From an uncultured Alphaproteobacteria bacterium (GTDB lineage: Bacteria > Pseudomonadota > Alphaproteobacteria > Rhizobiales > Xanthobacteraceae): DNA of 64,000 bases. Position numbers and translations under genes: made by a program. Position 1 is the stretch's first letter. Every line of letters begins with the position of its first letter. Positions 40,929 to 51,239 of this stretch are shown one piece after another. Location of the stretch: NCBI GenBank assembly GCA_963721935.1, contig CAVRMY010000055.1, positions 21,151-85,150 of the forward strand, in the 5' to 3' direction. Under the pieces are notes generated by a model, which was not told the DNA's origin, searched no databases, and was given only the letters and a program-made list of their open reading frames with translations.

Positions 40929-41052
40929 CAGTGGTTGGTCGAACCAGCGGTTCCAGGCCGCGCAGACATGAGCTTGCGGCGCTGCGACAACACCGCTATT
41001 TCAGGAAGCCCGAAAATGGGTTTCACCGCATCGGCTGGCAGGAAAATCGTTG

Positions 41053-42969
41053 ATGGATAAGCACTTTCGCGCGGAAATCGCAGGCCTGCGTGCCATTGCG
41101 GTCACCAGCGTGGTGTTGTTCCACCTGAAGGTTTCGGGATTCGAGGGCGGTTTCGTCGGTGTCAACGTCTTCTTCGTCATCTCGGGTTATCTCATCAGCC
41201 GCAATATCCTCCGCGACCTGCAACGCTCCCGCTTCTCCTTCGGCCAGTTTTATATACGTCGTACCCGGCGAATTTACCCCGCTTTGATCTTCACCGTGGT
41301 TGCGACCTATCTGATCGGCGCTCTCTGGTGCGCGCCCGATATGTTCCATGATCTTGCCAAGGAAGGGACGCATGCGCTGCTGTCGATTGCCAATATCCAG
41401 TACTGGCGGGAATCCCATCAATATTTTGCGCCAAATTCAGACGAGCTCGCGCTCCTGCATTGCTGGTCGCTGTCGGCCGAGGAACAATTTTATCTGTTCT
41501 GGCCGCTTTTCATCGCTTTCGCATGGCGGCTGAAACGTACTTTCCAGATCATCGCCGCCACCGGACTCGTTTCGCTGGTCTCTTCCGTCGTCATCGCCAG
41601 GGCCGATCCGCTTGCGGCATTTTTCCTGATGCCCTTCCGCATCTTCGAATTCGCAATCGGCGCCCTCGTGCTGCAACTCGAAGCCAAACCGGTTCTCGGC
41701 AGAACGGCTGCGGAAGCGATTTCGGCCGCCGGCCTGATCGCGGTCATCGCAAGCGTATTACTGTTCAGATCGGATTTGCCGCATCTCGAGCTGGCATATC
41801 TTCTGCCCTGTCTCGGCGCAGCCGCAACGATCTGGACCGGAAGCAGGACTCGCGCAGCTCGCCTCATCACCAATCCCGCGATGATCGGCCTCGGTGCCAT
41901 TTCCTACTCGCTTTATCTTTGCCATTGGCCCGTCATCTTCTTCGGTCGATTCATCTTCGGCGAAGTCGTAAACCACCTTGGCGGCATCGTCACGATGACG
42001 GCGGTGATGGTCGGCATAGCCACGGCGATGTACTTCTTCGTCGAGCAGCGCTTTATCCAGCCCTCGAATGCGCCGCCTGTGAACTTCTGGAAAAATGCCG
42101 CAGCGTTCTGGTCGATCGTGCTTGGACTTGTGGCAGTCACCCACACCACGTTCCTGTCGAAGGGCTTCGCCTGGCGCCTGCCGGAAGCCCAGACCGAATT
42201 GGCGCACCTTCAGGATTTTCCATCGAGCCGCGACCTTGAGCCGGTCAACGGACCCATCGGCGTGCAGCTACTGGGCGACTCGCTTGCCACGCAATTTTTC
42301 GCGGGCCTGTCGCCACTCCTCAAGGAACTTAATATCGGCCTGGAACCGTTGGCGGGCGCCGGATGCCCTACTCTCGATGGCGTTGCGTTGAAGGCCACGC
42401 GGCGCGACGAATGCATTGAAGTGCGCGACAAAGCCATGAAGCGCTTGGCCGAAACGGACCTGCCGGTCATCTACACCCAGAAATGGGCCTACTACGACGA
42501 CGCCACGATCGATTACGAATACGAATCCGAGCAGAAATTGCCTCCGCGGACGGGCTCCTTCGCCAAGCTTGAATTGGCGCTTGAACGAACGTTCGAGAAA
42601 ATCATCGCGCGCGGTCATCGTATCCTGCTGATCGGCAATCAGGTCTACGCGGGCTGCGTGATCAATCGCAAACGACTGTTGCAGGGCCCTCTTCCCCACG
42701 CACCGCAACCGCCATGCCGGCAGAGGTCACGGGATGAGGTCGAAAAATCCAACGCCTCAATGGACCAGATGCTCTCGCGCATTCAGGCGAAATGGCCCGA
42801 CAAGGTCGAGCTGTTGCGGCCGGAGGTTTATTTCTGCGACGCCAGATGTCCGGTCGACAAAGATGCAATCTGGCTCTATTTCGACAGCTCCCATTTTACG
42901 GTCGCGGGATCGATTTATATGGTCTCGCGCGCCGCACCCCTCTTCCGCAAGTTTCTCTCGCCGAACTGA
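41053..42969 (+). CDS. Acyltransferase-3 fused to an SGNH domain (OafA/OatA-like O-acyltransferase)
   Basis: IAGLRAIA, GVNVFFVISGYLI, LHCWSLSAEEQFY, ISYSLYLCHWP; C-terminal GDSLA and DSSH. Confidence 0.92.
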   Translation: MDKHFRAEIAGLRAIAVTSVVLFHLKVSGFEGGFVGVNVFFVISGYLISRNILRDLQRSRFSFGQFYIRRTRRIYPALIFTVVATYLIGALWCAPDMFHDLAKEGTHALLSIANIQYWRESHQYFAPNSDELALLHCWSLSAEEQFYLFWPLFIAFAWRLKRTFQIIAATGLVSLVSSVVIARADPLAAFFLMPFRIFEFAIGALVLQLEAKPVLGRTAAEAISAAGLIAVIASVLLFRSDLPHLELAYLLPCLGAAATIWTGSRTRAARLITNPAMIGLGAISYSLYLCHWPVIFFGRFIFGEVVNHLGGIVTMTAVMVGIATAMYFFVEQRFIQPSNAPPVNFWKNAAAFWSIVLGLVAVTHTTFLSKGFAWRLPEAQTELAHLQDFPSSRDLEPVNGPIGVQLLGDSLATQFFAGLSPLLKELNIGLEPLAGAGCPTLDGVALKATRRDECIEVRDKAMKRLAETDLPVIYTQKWAYYDDATIDYEYESEQKLPPRTGSFAKLELALERTFEKIIARGHRILLIGNQVYAGCVINRKRLLQGPLPHAPQPPCRQRSRDEVEKSNASMDQMLSRIQAKWPDKVELLRPEVYFCDARCPVDKDAIWLYFDSSHFTVAGSIYMVSRAAPLFRKFLSPN

Positions 42970-42987
42970 AGCAGTTCGGCGACGCTG

Positions 42988-44139
42988 CTATTTCGTGAGG
43001 CCGAGCGCCGCAGTCCTGCTCCCCGTCTGTAGCAAGACCTCGCGAATGAGGTTTTGCGCCGGCGCCTCGAAAGAACGGTAGGTGAAATACGACGCCAGCA
43101 GGGTCGTTGCGAGATAGATCGCGAAAAACCCAACGTCATAAAGGGGAACGGCCATTCCCGCCATCGTGAACCCAATCATGACCACGAGCTGAATCGGAAA
43201 ATGCAAAAGATAGCTTGAATAGGTCATGTTTCCGGCCGCCTCAACCGCCTTCTGAACCGCGGTCGGCAACATGACATCGCGAGAAAGGCAAAACAGCAGA
43301 ACCGGCGTGTAAGCCAGGAACAGCGCAAGGTCGAACCGATCGAGCTGGTCGCGTGCAAGGCTCGCCACAAGCGGCGGGAAAACGACAACGAAAAGCCAGG
43401 CCAGGCTTTCGATCGCTTGCCCGTAGCTCGAAGACGCAACCGCCCGGCGGGCCATCGCGGCGAGGCCGCCGATATAGAATAGCGCCAGGCAGTTTGTGAT
43501 TTGCGCGCCCACGTGCAGGCTCGCGGCACCCAGGCAGGCCACGATAACGGCCACGTTCAAAAACCACGACCTGGTCCCCAATAACATCAGAAAGAACAGG
43601 AAATAGACCATCACTTCGACCGAGATGGACCAGATCGGTCCGTCGAAGCTGTCGCCGTGCACGATACCCCAGTCGCTTGCCATGAACAGTTGGGCAAGGA
43701 AGTGCGGCAGGTCGTTTTCCCGATAGACGAAGAAACTTCCCTGCAGTCCGAAATAGACCAGCTGCAACAGCGCCACGATCAGCAACGTGATCAGGTGCAG
43801 CGGATAGAGCCGCGAGAAGCGAAGCACGAAGAACTTCCAGCCGCCGATCGATCGATCGGCGATCGGATCGCGGTATTTCCAGAAGAAAATGAAGCCCGAG
43901 ATGCACCAGAAGATCCAGACGCCGAACGCCCCGAAGTCGTGGAAAACTTGCAGGATTCCATAAAGCGGCAGCCGCTCCGGCACGAGACCCACCGGCTCGT
44001 CCGCGACAAAGGCAAAATGGCGATAATGGAACACCAGGATCGCAAACGCCGTCAGGAAGCGCAGCGCTTCCAGCCCGAGGAGCTTGTTCGCCGGGCCGTT
44101 TCCCGCCTCGCTCAACGTCGGCTTCAATGCGCTGCGCAT
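42988..44139 (-). CDS. Acyltransferase family 3 protein
   Basis: GLEALRFL, FWCISGF, RFSRLYPLH, WSISVE, TYSSYLLH. Confidence 0.9.
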   Translation of the reverse strand: MRSALKPTLSEAGNGPANKLLGLEALRFLTAFAILVFHYRHFAFVADEPVGLVPERLPLYGILQVFHDFGAFGVWIFWCISGFIFFWKYRDPIADRSIGGWKFFVLRFSRLYPLHLITLLIVALLQLVYFGLQGSFFVYRENDLPHFLAQLFMASDWGIVHGDSFDGPIWSISVEVMVYFLFFLMLLGTRSWFLNVAVIVACLGAASLHVGAQITNCLALFYIGGLAAMARRAVASSSYGQAIESLAWLFVVVFPPLVASLARDQLDRFDLALFLAYTPVLLFCLSRDVMLPTAVQKAVEAAGNMTYSSYLLHFPIQLVVMIGFTMAGMAVPLYDVGFFAIYLATTLLASYFTYRSFEAPAQNLIREVLLQTGSRTAALGLTK

Positions 44140-44795
44140 ACGGTCGATACTCCCGCAAGCACCGCCTTGTCCCACGCCGCGTAACCTGTCGCGTTCAGGT
44201 GGACGCCGTCGATCGTGTGAGGTACCTGCATCGAAGGCAGCGGAATGAAAGCAGCACCCGCTTTCGCAGCCAGCGCAGGCAAAGCGGCATTGAAGCCGTT
44301 GATCCTGCCCATCGCCTCCGCCTGCATTTCGGCAGTCATGCGCCCCCGCACGTCGATGCCGGGAATCGCCAGTACGGCGAGATGACCGGTGACTTGCGCG
44401 AGCAGGCCGAGCTGCGCGGCATAATTTGCCTCGAAGCTCTGCGCGCTTGCCGACTTCAAGGCATCATTGGTGCCAAGCGCAACGACGATGCCGGCCGCCC
44501 TGCTTCCATCCAGCGCCTCGGCCAGCCACGTGCCCAGGTCGCTTGCGGTGGAGGCACCATTCAAGCCCGCATTTACGATTGGGTGGCCGCAGAGCTCGCG
44601 AGGCAATGTGGATGCTTCAGTGATGCTGTCGCCGAGAATGATGATGGGGTTGTCGACCCTGCTCAACGTATAGTGCAACACGAGCTGGCGCGCCTGCCGG
44701 TGCGAATCGGCAATCGCCTCCTTGCGGAAAAACGAGAAGCCGGCCGCCAGGGCTGCCATTAGAAGGACCGCGAGTCCGATGCGCGCTCCATTCAT
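44124..44795 (-). CDS. SGNH/GDSL hydrolase family protein
   Basis: LGDSIT, NAGLNG, GTND, DGVH. Confidence 0.9.
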   Translation of the reverse strand: MNGARIGLAVLLMAALAAGFSFFRKEAIADSHRQARQLVLHYTLSRVDNPIIILGDSITEASTLPRELCGHPIVNAGLNGASTASDLGTWLAEALDGSRAAGIVVALGTNDALKSASAQSFEANYAAQLGLLAQVTGHLAVLAIPGIDVRGRMTAEMQAEAMGRINGFNAALPALAAKAGAAFIPLPSMQVPHTIDGVHLNATGYAAWDKAVLAGVSTVCAAH

Positions 44796-45131
44796 GTCCG
44801 TTACCGATGCCGTCTTTTACCGTTCCGAATTGGCCCTGGAGCCTGAATAATCCCGTGTTCGGCTCCGTGTCGCCGGCGAAACGTGCGGGCGCACCATGGC
44901 ACCGCATCGCAAATCGGCCGAAATTATCAAGGGAGTATTAAAATATCATTCGTAAAGCCGGCCAAATAATCGACTTCCCTGTCCGCGCTGGGCGCGCAGT
45001 CGGCCCGAGCGGCGAAGTAACGGCCATTGACGTCCAGCGGTCCGTTTTGACATTTGCATGCCGTTGCCGCGGACACTTTTGCAATTCAAAATGGGCCGGA
45101 CCGGACAAGACAAGAAACGAGAGGAAGCGCC

Positions 45132-45908
45132 ATGGTGCGAAAGCTGATCGACATTTCCGTGCCGCTGCAAAACGACGTGCCGGCCGATCCACCGGGCATC
45201 AATCCGCTTATCCAGTATTTCGATCACCAGCAGAGCCTGCCGCGGATGCTCGGATTTTTCGAAGGCCTCAAGGCGGAGGATCTGCCGGACGGCCAGGCCT
45301 GGGCAATGGAGAGCGTGCAGCTATCGACCCACAACGGCACCCATCTCGATGCGCCCTATCATTATCATCCGACCATGAATCGGGGCGAACGCGCGTGGAC
45401 CATCGACGAGGTCCCACTCGAATGGTGCTTGCAGCCCGGCGTGAAGCTCGACTTCCGTCATTTTCCCGACGGCTATGTCGTCACTGCCAAGGACGTCGAG
45501 GCGGAGCTCAGCCGCATCGGTCACACACTTTCGCCGCTCGAAATCATCGTGGTCAATACCAGCGCAGGCGCCAAATATGGCCGCCCCGATTTCGTTAATT
45601 CCGGATGCGGCATGGGCTACGAGGCCACCATGTACCTGCTCGAGCGCGGTGTGCGGCTGACCGGCATCGACGGCTGGAGCTGGGATGCGCCGTTCGTCTA
45701 CACTGCGAAGAAATTCGCCGAAACCAGGGATGCGAGCCTGATCTGGGAGGGCCACAAGGCCGGGCGACACATCGGCTATTGCCACATCGAGAAGCTGCAC
45801 AATCTGGAGCTTCTGCCCTCGACCGGATTTACTGTGTCGTGCTTTCCGGTGAAGATCGAGCGCGCCTCGGCGGGCTGGACTCGGGCGGTTGCGATCATCG
45901 ACGATTAG
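45132..45908 (+). CDS. Cyclase family protein (kynurenine formamidase/isatin hydrolase-like)
   Basis: HNGTHLDAPYH, GIDGWSWD, HIEKL, FPVKI. Confidence 0.92.
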   Translation: MVRKLIDISVPLQNDVPADPPGINPLIQYFDHQQSLPRMLGFFEGLKAEDLPDGQAWAMESVQLSTHNGTHLDAPYHYHPTMNRGERAWTIDEVPLEWCLQPGVKLDFRHFPDGYVVTAKDVEAELSRIGHTLSPLEIIVVNTSAGAKYGRPDFVNSGCGMGYEATMYLLERGVRLTGIDGWSWDAPFVYTAKKFAETRDASLIWEGHKAGRHIGYCHIEKLHNLELLPSTGFTVSCFPVKIERASAGWTRAVAIIDD

Positions 45909-46396
45909 CCCGCCTCTTCCGAAGCGCATCATTATGACGCGTTAGTCTTTCGTATCACGAGCGCATCTTTGCCTGAGCACCTGCCGGGTGTGTTCGTCTT
46001 CAACCTGCGGAAGGCGTCGGCAACTGCCCAAGTCTTGCGCCAAACCCTGCTCCGTTGTCCCACGCCAACCATTGCGCTCAATTTCGAGCTTGCTCGCTGG
46101 CCGACGAGATTCAAATCCAGTTGCAATCCATTGAATTGTTTCGAGAAAATTTCCCTCACGCCGACCGGTTCCGCGACCACGACGCGGATTGATTTCGGCT
46201 ATCTTAACTCTGCAACAAACCCACGGATCGATGCGAGCAAATTTCAGCCTTCACAAGTTGACGAGAGGATCGTACTCACCTTCCCGGTTTTGCCGCGGCA
46301 AGGCGGCCCCGCGGGGGGTTTCGCTTGCTGAGGGCGCGGGCACCGCTACAATAACCTCAAGGCCGACCAAGGCCATGTGCAGTGGAGAGAAACGTT

Positions 46397-47674
46397 ATGA
46401 CAACAAAATCCCGTCCAACCTTGTTCCGGTCATTGCTCGGAACGACGGCCCTTCTCGGAACGACGGCCTTTTTCGGAACATTGGGTCTGCTCGCGGCACC
46501 CGGTCAGGCAATTGCCGCCGAGCCCATCAAGATCGGCGTCATCGCTGAAGCCCAGGCGATTGCGGGCGCTTCGATCCCGCAAGCCGCGCAAATGGCGGCA
46601 GAAGAAATCAATGCCAAGGGCGGCGTCGATGGGCGCAAGATCGAAATCATCACCTATGACAATCACTCATCGTCGGCTGATTCCGTCCGCGCCTTCCAGC
46701 GCGCGGTCAACGAGGACAAGGTCAACATCGTCATCGCCAGCTATATCAGCGAAGTCGTGCTGGCGCTCGAACCCTGGGCCTCGCGCCTGAAGACGCCTTT
46801 CATCACGCCGGGCGCTGCGTCCAACGAGATCAGCAAGAGCGTCCACAACGACTATGAGAAGAACAAGTACACTTTCCACGGCTATCTGACCTCGGCGGCG
46901 CTTGCGCTGTCGGTCTGCGACGCCGCCAAGGAATTGCTGGTCGACCAGAAGCATATGAAGACGGCCGTCATCATGAGCGAGGATGCCGCCTGGACCAAGC
47001 CGCTCGATTTCGGCTACGAGGATTGCCTGCCGAAGATCGGGTTGAAGGTGCTCGACCATATCCGCTTCTCGCCCGACACCACCGACTTCACGCCGATCTT
47101 CAACAAGATCGAGGGTGTGAAACCTGATGTGATGATCACGGGCATCTCGCATGTCGGCGTGCAGCCGACGGTGCAGTGGAAGAACCAGCAGGTTCCGATC
47201 CCGATGTTCGGTATCAGCTCGCAGGCCACCAACTCCACCTTCGGCAAGGACACCAACGAGGCGTCCGAAGGCGTGCTCTACCAGGGTGTTTCCGGGCCGA
47301 ATGTTCCGGTGACCGAGAAGAGCGTGCCCTTCACCCAGAACTTCAAGGCAAAGTTCGGCAACTTCCCCTCCTATGCCGGATATACCGCCTATGACGAGGT
47401 CTACTTCATCGCCGACGCCGTGAAGCGCGCAGGCTCCACGGAAGCGGACAAGCTGGTCGATGCGCTGGAAAAGACCGATTGGGTCGGCACCATCGGCCGC
47501 GTCCAGTTCTATGGCAAGGACGATCCGTTCACCCATTCGATCAAATACGGCAAGGGGCTGATCACCGGCTTGATGCTGCAGTGGCAGGACGGCCAGCAGG
47601 TCGCGGTCTGGCCACCGGAGATCGCCAAGGCCAAATTGAAGTTTCCGAGCTTCGTCAAGGTCACCTCAAACTGA
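46397..47674 (+). CDS. Liv-type ABC substrate-binding protein
   Basis: Signal peptide, IKIGVI, INAKGGVDGRKIE. Confidence 0.9.
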   Translation: MTTKSRPTLFRSLLGTTALLGTTAFFGTLGLLAAPGQAIAAEPIKIGVIAEAQAIAGASIPQAAQMAAEEINAKGGVDGRKIEIITYDNHSSSADSVRAFQRAVNEDKVNIVIASYISEVVLALEPWASRLKTPFITPGAASNEISKSVHNDYEKNKYTFHGYLTSAALALSVCDAAKELLVDQKHMKTAVIMSEDAAWTKPLDFGYEDCLPKIGLKVLDHIRFSPDTTDFTPIFNKIEGVKPDVMITGISHVGVQPTVQWKNQQVPIPMFGISSQATNSTFGKDTNEASEGVLYQGVSGPNVPVTEKSVPFTQNFKAKFGNFPSYAGYTAYDEVYFIADAVKRAGSTEADKLVDALEKTDWVGTIGRVQFYGKDDPFTHSIKYGKGLITGLMLQWQDGQQVAVWPPEIAKAKLKFPSFVKVTSN

Positions 47675-47687
47675 TATTCGCCCGATG

Positions 47688-47715
47688 ATGCTCCCGGGAA
47701 ACTTTCCGGGAGCAT
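47688..47715 (+). terminator. Intergenic hairpin after the binding-protein gene (terminator or mRNA stabiliser)
   Basis: ATGCTCCCGG/CCGGGAGCAT 10-bp stem followed by a short T run. Confidence 0.5.
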
Positions 47716-47765
47716 TTCCGATCGCATTTTCCAACAGGGCAGCGATGCTGCCGCGGCCGCCATAG

Positions 47766-48641
47766 ATGCTTGCGCTTCAGGTTTTGATCGATGGCTTCGC
47801 CGTCAGCGCGTTGTATGCGCTTGGGGCAACGGGCTTCACCCTCATCTTCGGCGTTTCCGGCGTGCTCAACCTTTCGCACGGCGCCATCATGGTGCTGGCG
47901 GCCGTGGCGGCATGGGCCGCAGCCAGCGTGTTTCATCTCGACACCTATTCCGGCGCATTGATCGGGGTCGCGGCGGCGCTGATCGCTGCCTTCGCCACCT
48001 ACTTTGCGGTGGTACAGCCGATCCAGAGATCGACGCAGATCCCCAACGAGGAAAAGGAAATCTTCGTTCTCACGGGCACGCTGCTCTGGGGAATCATGAT
48101 CCAGGAATTGATCGCCTATTTCTTCACCAACAACGCAAAGACAGTGTTGCCGATCGTCCAGGGCGTGGTCGACATTCTGGGCGTCCGCACGCCGCGAAAC
48201 GAAATCTTCACCGCGGTGGTCTGTTGTCTGGTGATTGCGCTGCTCTGGCTGCTGGTGAATCGCACCCGCACCGGAAAGGCGGTGCTGGCGGCCTCGATGA
48301 ACCCGCGCGGCGTGACGCTGCTCGGACTCGAGCTTCGCAGCATTTATGTCGTGGTCTGGGCGATCTACGGCATTCTTGCCGGTATCGCCGGCGTTCTGCT
48401 TGGAATGTTCCTTGGGGTAAGTTCGTACAGTGTCGGGCCACTGACCGCCAGCGCGTTCTCGATCGTCGTGCTCGGCGGGCTTGGCAGCGTGTCGGGATCG
48501 CTGATTGCAGCGTTCGTGGTCGGCTACCTCGAAACCATTACCGCGTATCTGATCTCGCCGGCCTACCGGACAATTCCGGCGCTCCTGCTCCTGGTTGCCG
48601 TGATGTATGTGCGGCCGCAAGGCCTGCTCGGGAGACGTTGA
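47766..48641 (+). CDS. ABC permease (LivH-like)
   Basis: GFTLIFGVSGVLNLSHG, VVLGGLGS. Confidence 0.92.
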   Translation: MLALQVLIDGFAVSALYALGATGFTLIFGVSGVLNLSHGAIMVLAAVAAWAAASVFHLDTYSGALIGVAAALIAAFATYFAVVQPIQRSTQIPNEEKEIFVLTGTLLWGIMIQELIAYFFTNNAKTVLPIVQGVVDILGVRTPRNEIFTAVVCCLVIALLWLLVNRTRTGKAVLAASMNPRGVTLLGLELRSIYVVVWAIYGILAGIAGVLLGMFLGVSSYSVGPLTASAFSIVVLGGLGSVSGSLIAAFVVGYLETITAYLISPAYRTIPALLLLVAVMYVRPQGLLGRR

Positions 48642-48643
48642 GC

Positions 48644-49567
48644 ATGGCCAATTTCTTCAAATCGCGGCTGTTCTTCATTTCGCTTGTCGTCGTTATCATC
48701 GCCGCGACCTTGCCGCTCTACGTCTCCGGCTATGTCCTTGGCCTTCTGACGGTCGCCTATTACTTCGGCGTGTTCGCGATGGCGTGGGACCTCCTGTTTG
48801 GCTTCGCGGGCGAGGTGAATTTCGGACCGACCTTCCTGATCGGGGTCGGCGCCTATACCGCAGGCATTCTCAACAACCAGTATGGCTGGTCGGTCTATGT
48901 GTGCATCGTACTGGGCGCGTTGGCCTCGGTGATCGCGGGCGTGATTCTGGCGCTACCGGCCTTGCGTGTACGTGGCCCCTATTTCGGACTGACTACGCTG
49001 GTTGCCGTTTTGATGCTGCAGAACTTCGTCGTGGTTTTTGCTGATCTGACGGGCGGCGAGATCGGGCTCACCATCCCCAACGTCATCTCGATCGATGCGG
49101 GCATCAACTACTGGATCGCGCTCGGTTTCATGACGATCAGCGCCATTATCCTCTACGGGCTTTCGCAGTCGCCGATCGGCCTCGTACTGCAGGCGAGCGG
49201 CCAGGACCCGATCCAGGCCGGCGCGCTCGGCTTCAACATTGTCAAGCACAAGCTTGCCGCTTTTGTCGTCAGCGCCTTCTTCTCAGGGCTTTCCGGCGCG
49301 CTTCTGGTGTTCTATTTCGGCACCGCCTCGGTCGGCACCGTCGTCGATGTCGCAGTCGGGGTGAACGTCATCGTTGCCGCGGTGCTTGGCGGACGGCGCA
49401 CCGTACTCGGCGCTGCGCTCGGCGCCATCTTCCTGATCGTTGCCGGAGAGTTCTTGAGGCCTACGGGCGAGCTTGCCACCTTCATCGTCTCGGCGGTGGC
49501 GTTGCTCGTTGTTTTGTTCTTCCCCGGCGGCTTTCTCGGAGCGGCCCTCTCGCGTGAAGCTCGCTAG
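48644..49567 (+). CDS. ABC permease (LivM-like)
   Basis: WDLLFGFAGEVNFG, LTGGEIG, VLGGRRT; start MANFF directly after the livH-like stop. Confidence 0.9.
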   Translation: MANFFKSRLFFISLVVVIIAATLPLYVSGYVLGLLTVAYYFGVFAMAWDLLFGFAGEVNFGPTFLIGVGAYTAGILNNQYGWSVYVCIVLGALASVIAGVILALPALRVRGPYFGLTTLVAVLMLQNFVVVFADLTGGEIGLTIPNVISIDAGINYWIALGFMTISAIILYGLSQSPIGLVLQASGQDPIQAGALGFNIVKHKLAAFVVSAFFSGLSGALLVFYFGTASVGTVVDVAVGVNVIVAAVLGGRRTVLGAALGAIFLIVAGEFLRPTGELATFIVSAVALLVVLFFPGGFLGAALSREAR

Positions 49568-49731
49568 TGCGGCGAAATTTGCAATTTCCATCAGCGGCCG
49601 CGCAATCTCGATATAGGAACTTCAAGATTCAAAGCCGCACCAAAAACGAAATTTGCTGGAACTCCTTTGATTCCGAAGTTCGCATCAGAGGTCGCCACGA
49701 TAGCTTGCGAACTTCGGAATCGGAGCTCCAG
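49564..49731. repeat. MITE-like double-hairpin element inside the ABC operon
   Basis: Perfect 16-bp IR GATTCCGAAGTTCGCA (49669-49684)/TGCGAACTTCGGAATC (49706-49721) with a 9/10 outer stem; a second TGCGGC/GCCGCA stem upstream; begins at CTAG. Confidence 0.65.
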
Positions 49732-49733
49732 TG

Positions 49734-51215
49734 ATGGACGCCAAGACGAACAACCCGCCGGTTCTCGAAGTCCGCGGCCTCACCAAGCGGTTTGGGGGTC
49801 TCACCGCGGTCAAGAACCTCAGTCTTGATCTGCGTGGCGGGGAGATTTTCGGCCTTATTGGCCCCAACGGCTCCGGCAAGTCGACCGCGATGAAGGCGAT
49901 CATGGGCATCGAGCGCCCAAGCGCCGGCGAAGTCACCTTCCAGGGCGAAAATGTCGCGGGCCTGCCCGCGCACAAGATCGCGCGCAAGGGCTTTGGCATG
50001 GTGTTCCAGCATTCGCGACCGCTGAACCGGCAGACGGTGCTGGAGAACATCATGGTGGCGCTCCTGCCCGACAGCCTGTTCATGCTGTTTGCAGACAGGA
50101 CGCTGACCGAGCGCGCCGAATGGATCGCCAACCGCGTCGGCCTTGGCGCGGTGATGCACCGCCGTCCTCCAACCCTGCCGTTTGCCGATCTGCGGCGACT
50201 CGAGCTTGCCAAGGCCATTGCGCGGGACCCCAAGGTGGTGCTGGTGGACGAGCCGTTCGCAGGGCTCACGCTGGCAGAAGTCGGCATTTTCTCCGAACTG
50301 ATCCGCAGCTTCCGCGACGAGGGTCGCGCGGTGCTGCTGGTAGACCACAACGTCAAGAGCGTGGCGGCTTTGGTCGATCGAGTGTTGGCGATGTATCTCG
50401 GCGAGGAGATCGTCACCGGCCGCGCAGACGAGGTGATGCGCAACGAAACCGTGCGGCGCGTCTATCTGGGCGGCGCCATCGAAACACACGCCCGCCCGGA
50501 GACCAGCTTCAAGGACAAGGTTCCGTTCCTGCAGGTCGAGAACGTCAGTGTGTTCTACGGCAAGGCCCAGGCGCTTGAGAATGTTTCGATCCATATCCAC
50601 CAGGGCGAGTTCGTGTCGGTGGTGGGATTGAACGGCGCCGGCAAGACTACGCTGTTCAATACCATTTCGGGCTTTTTGCCCTACGCCGGGGAAATCCTGC
50701 GCGACGGCGAGAGGCTGCGCGATATCAGCCCCGCACGCATCGCTCGCAGCGGCATCGTGCAGTGCCCGGAATCGCGCGAATTGTTCGGCGAGATGAGCGT
50801 GCGCGAAAATCTCGATCTCGGCGGACACCATCTTACCGATGAGGAGCGCGAGAAGCAGCTCACCTGGCTGTTCGACCTGTTCCCGATCCTTAAAGAGCGC
50901 CAGGGCCAGATGGCGCAGACGCTTTCGGGCGGCGAACAACAAATGCTGGCGATCGGCCGTGCGCTCATGATGCAACCAAAAATCCTGATCCTGGACGAAC
51001 CGACGTTGGGCCTTGCCCCGGTCATTCTTGAACAATTGTCCAAGGCGCTCGAGCGGCTGCGTCAGACGACGCAAATCACGGTATTGCTGGGAGAGCAGAA
51101 CGTGACTTTTGCGCTTCCCCACGCCGACCGCGTTTATGTGCTGGAGCATGCGCGGATAGTCTGGGAAGGCGACCCGGGCCGTTTCGCCGCGGAGGCCGGC
51201 GCCGGTTATCTGTGA
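49734..51215 (+). CDS. Fused LivG-LivF dual ABC ATP-binding protein
   Basis: Two Walker A motifs (GPNGSGKS, GLNGAGKT) and two DEP motifs in one frame. Confidence 0.92.
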   Translation: MDAKTNNPPVLEVRGLTKRFGGLTAVKNLSLDLRGGEIFGLIGPNGSGKSTAMKAIMGIERPSAGEVTFQGENVAGLPAHKIARKGFGMVFQHSRPLNRQTVLENIMVALLPDSLFMLFADRTLTERAEWIANRVGLGAVMHRRPPTLPFADLRRLELAKAIARDPKVVLVDEPFAGLTLAEVGIFSELIRSFRDEGRAVLLVDHNVKSVAALVDRVLAMYLGEEIVTGRADEVMRNETVRRVYLGGAIETHARPETSFKDKVPFLQVENVSVFYGKAQALENVSIHIHQGEFVSVVGLNGAGKTTLFNTISGFLPYAGEILRDGERLRDISPARIARSGIVQCPESRELFGEMSVRENLDLGGHHLTDEEREKQLTWLFDLFPILKERQGQMAQTLSGGEQQMLAIGRALMMQPKILILDEPTLGLAPVILEQLSKALERLRQTTQITVLLGEQNVTFALPHADRVYVLEHARIVWEGDPGRFAAEAGAGYL

Positions 51216-51239
51216 AAGCCGAAGCTTTTGGGTCGGCTT

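Noticed and set aside
45909-46396. Long intergenic region as a possible riboswitch or sRNA
   Set aside because: No recognisable aptamer motif or convincing terminator by eye; an Rfam search would be needed.
47912-48643. Apparent extension of the second LivM-like ORF
   Set aside because: Alternative frame over the LivH-like gene; the real start is 48644.
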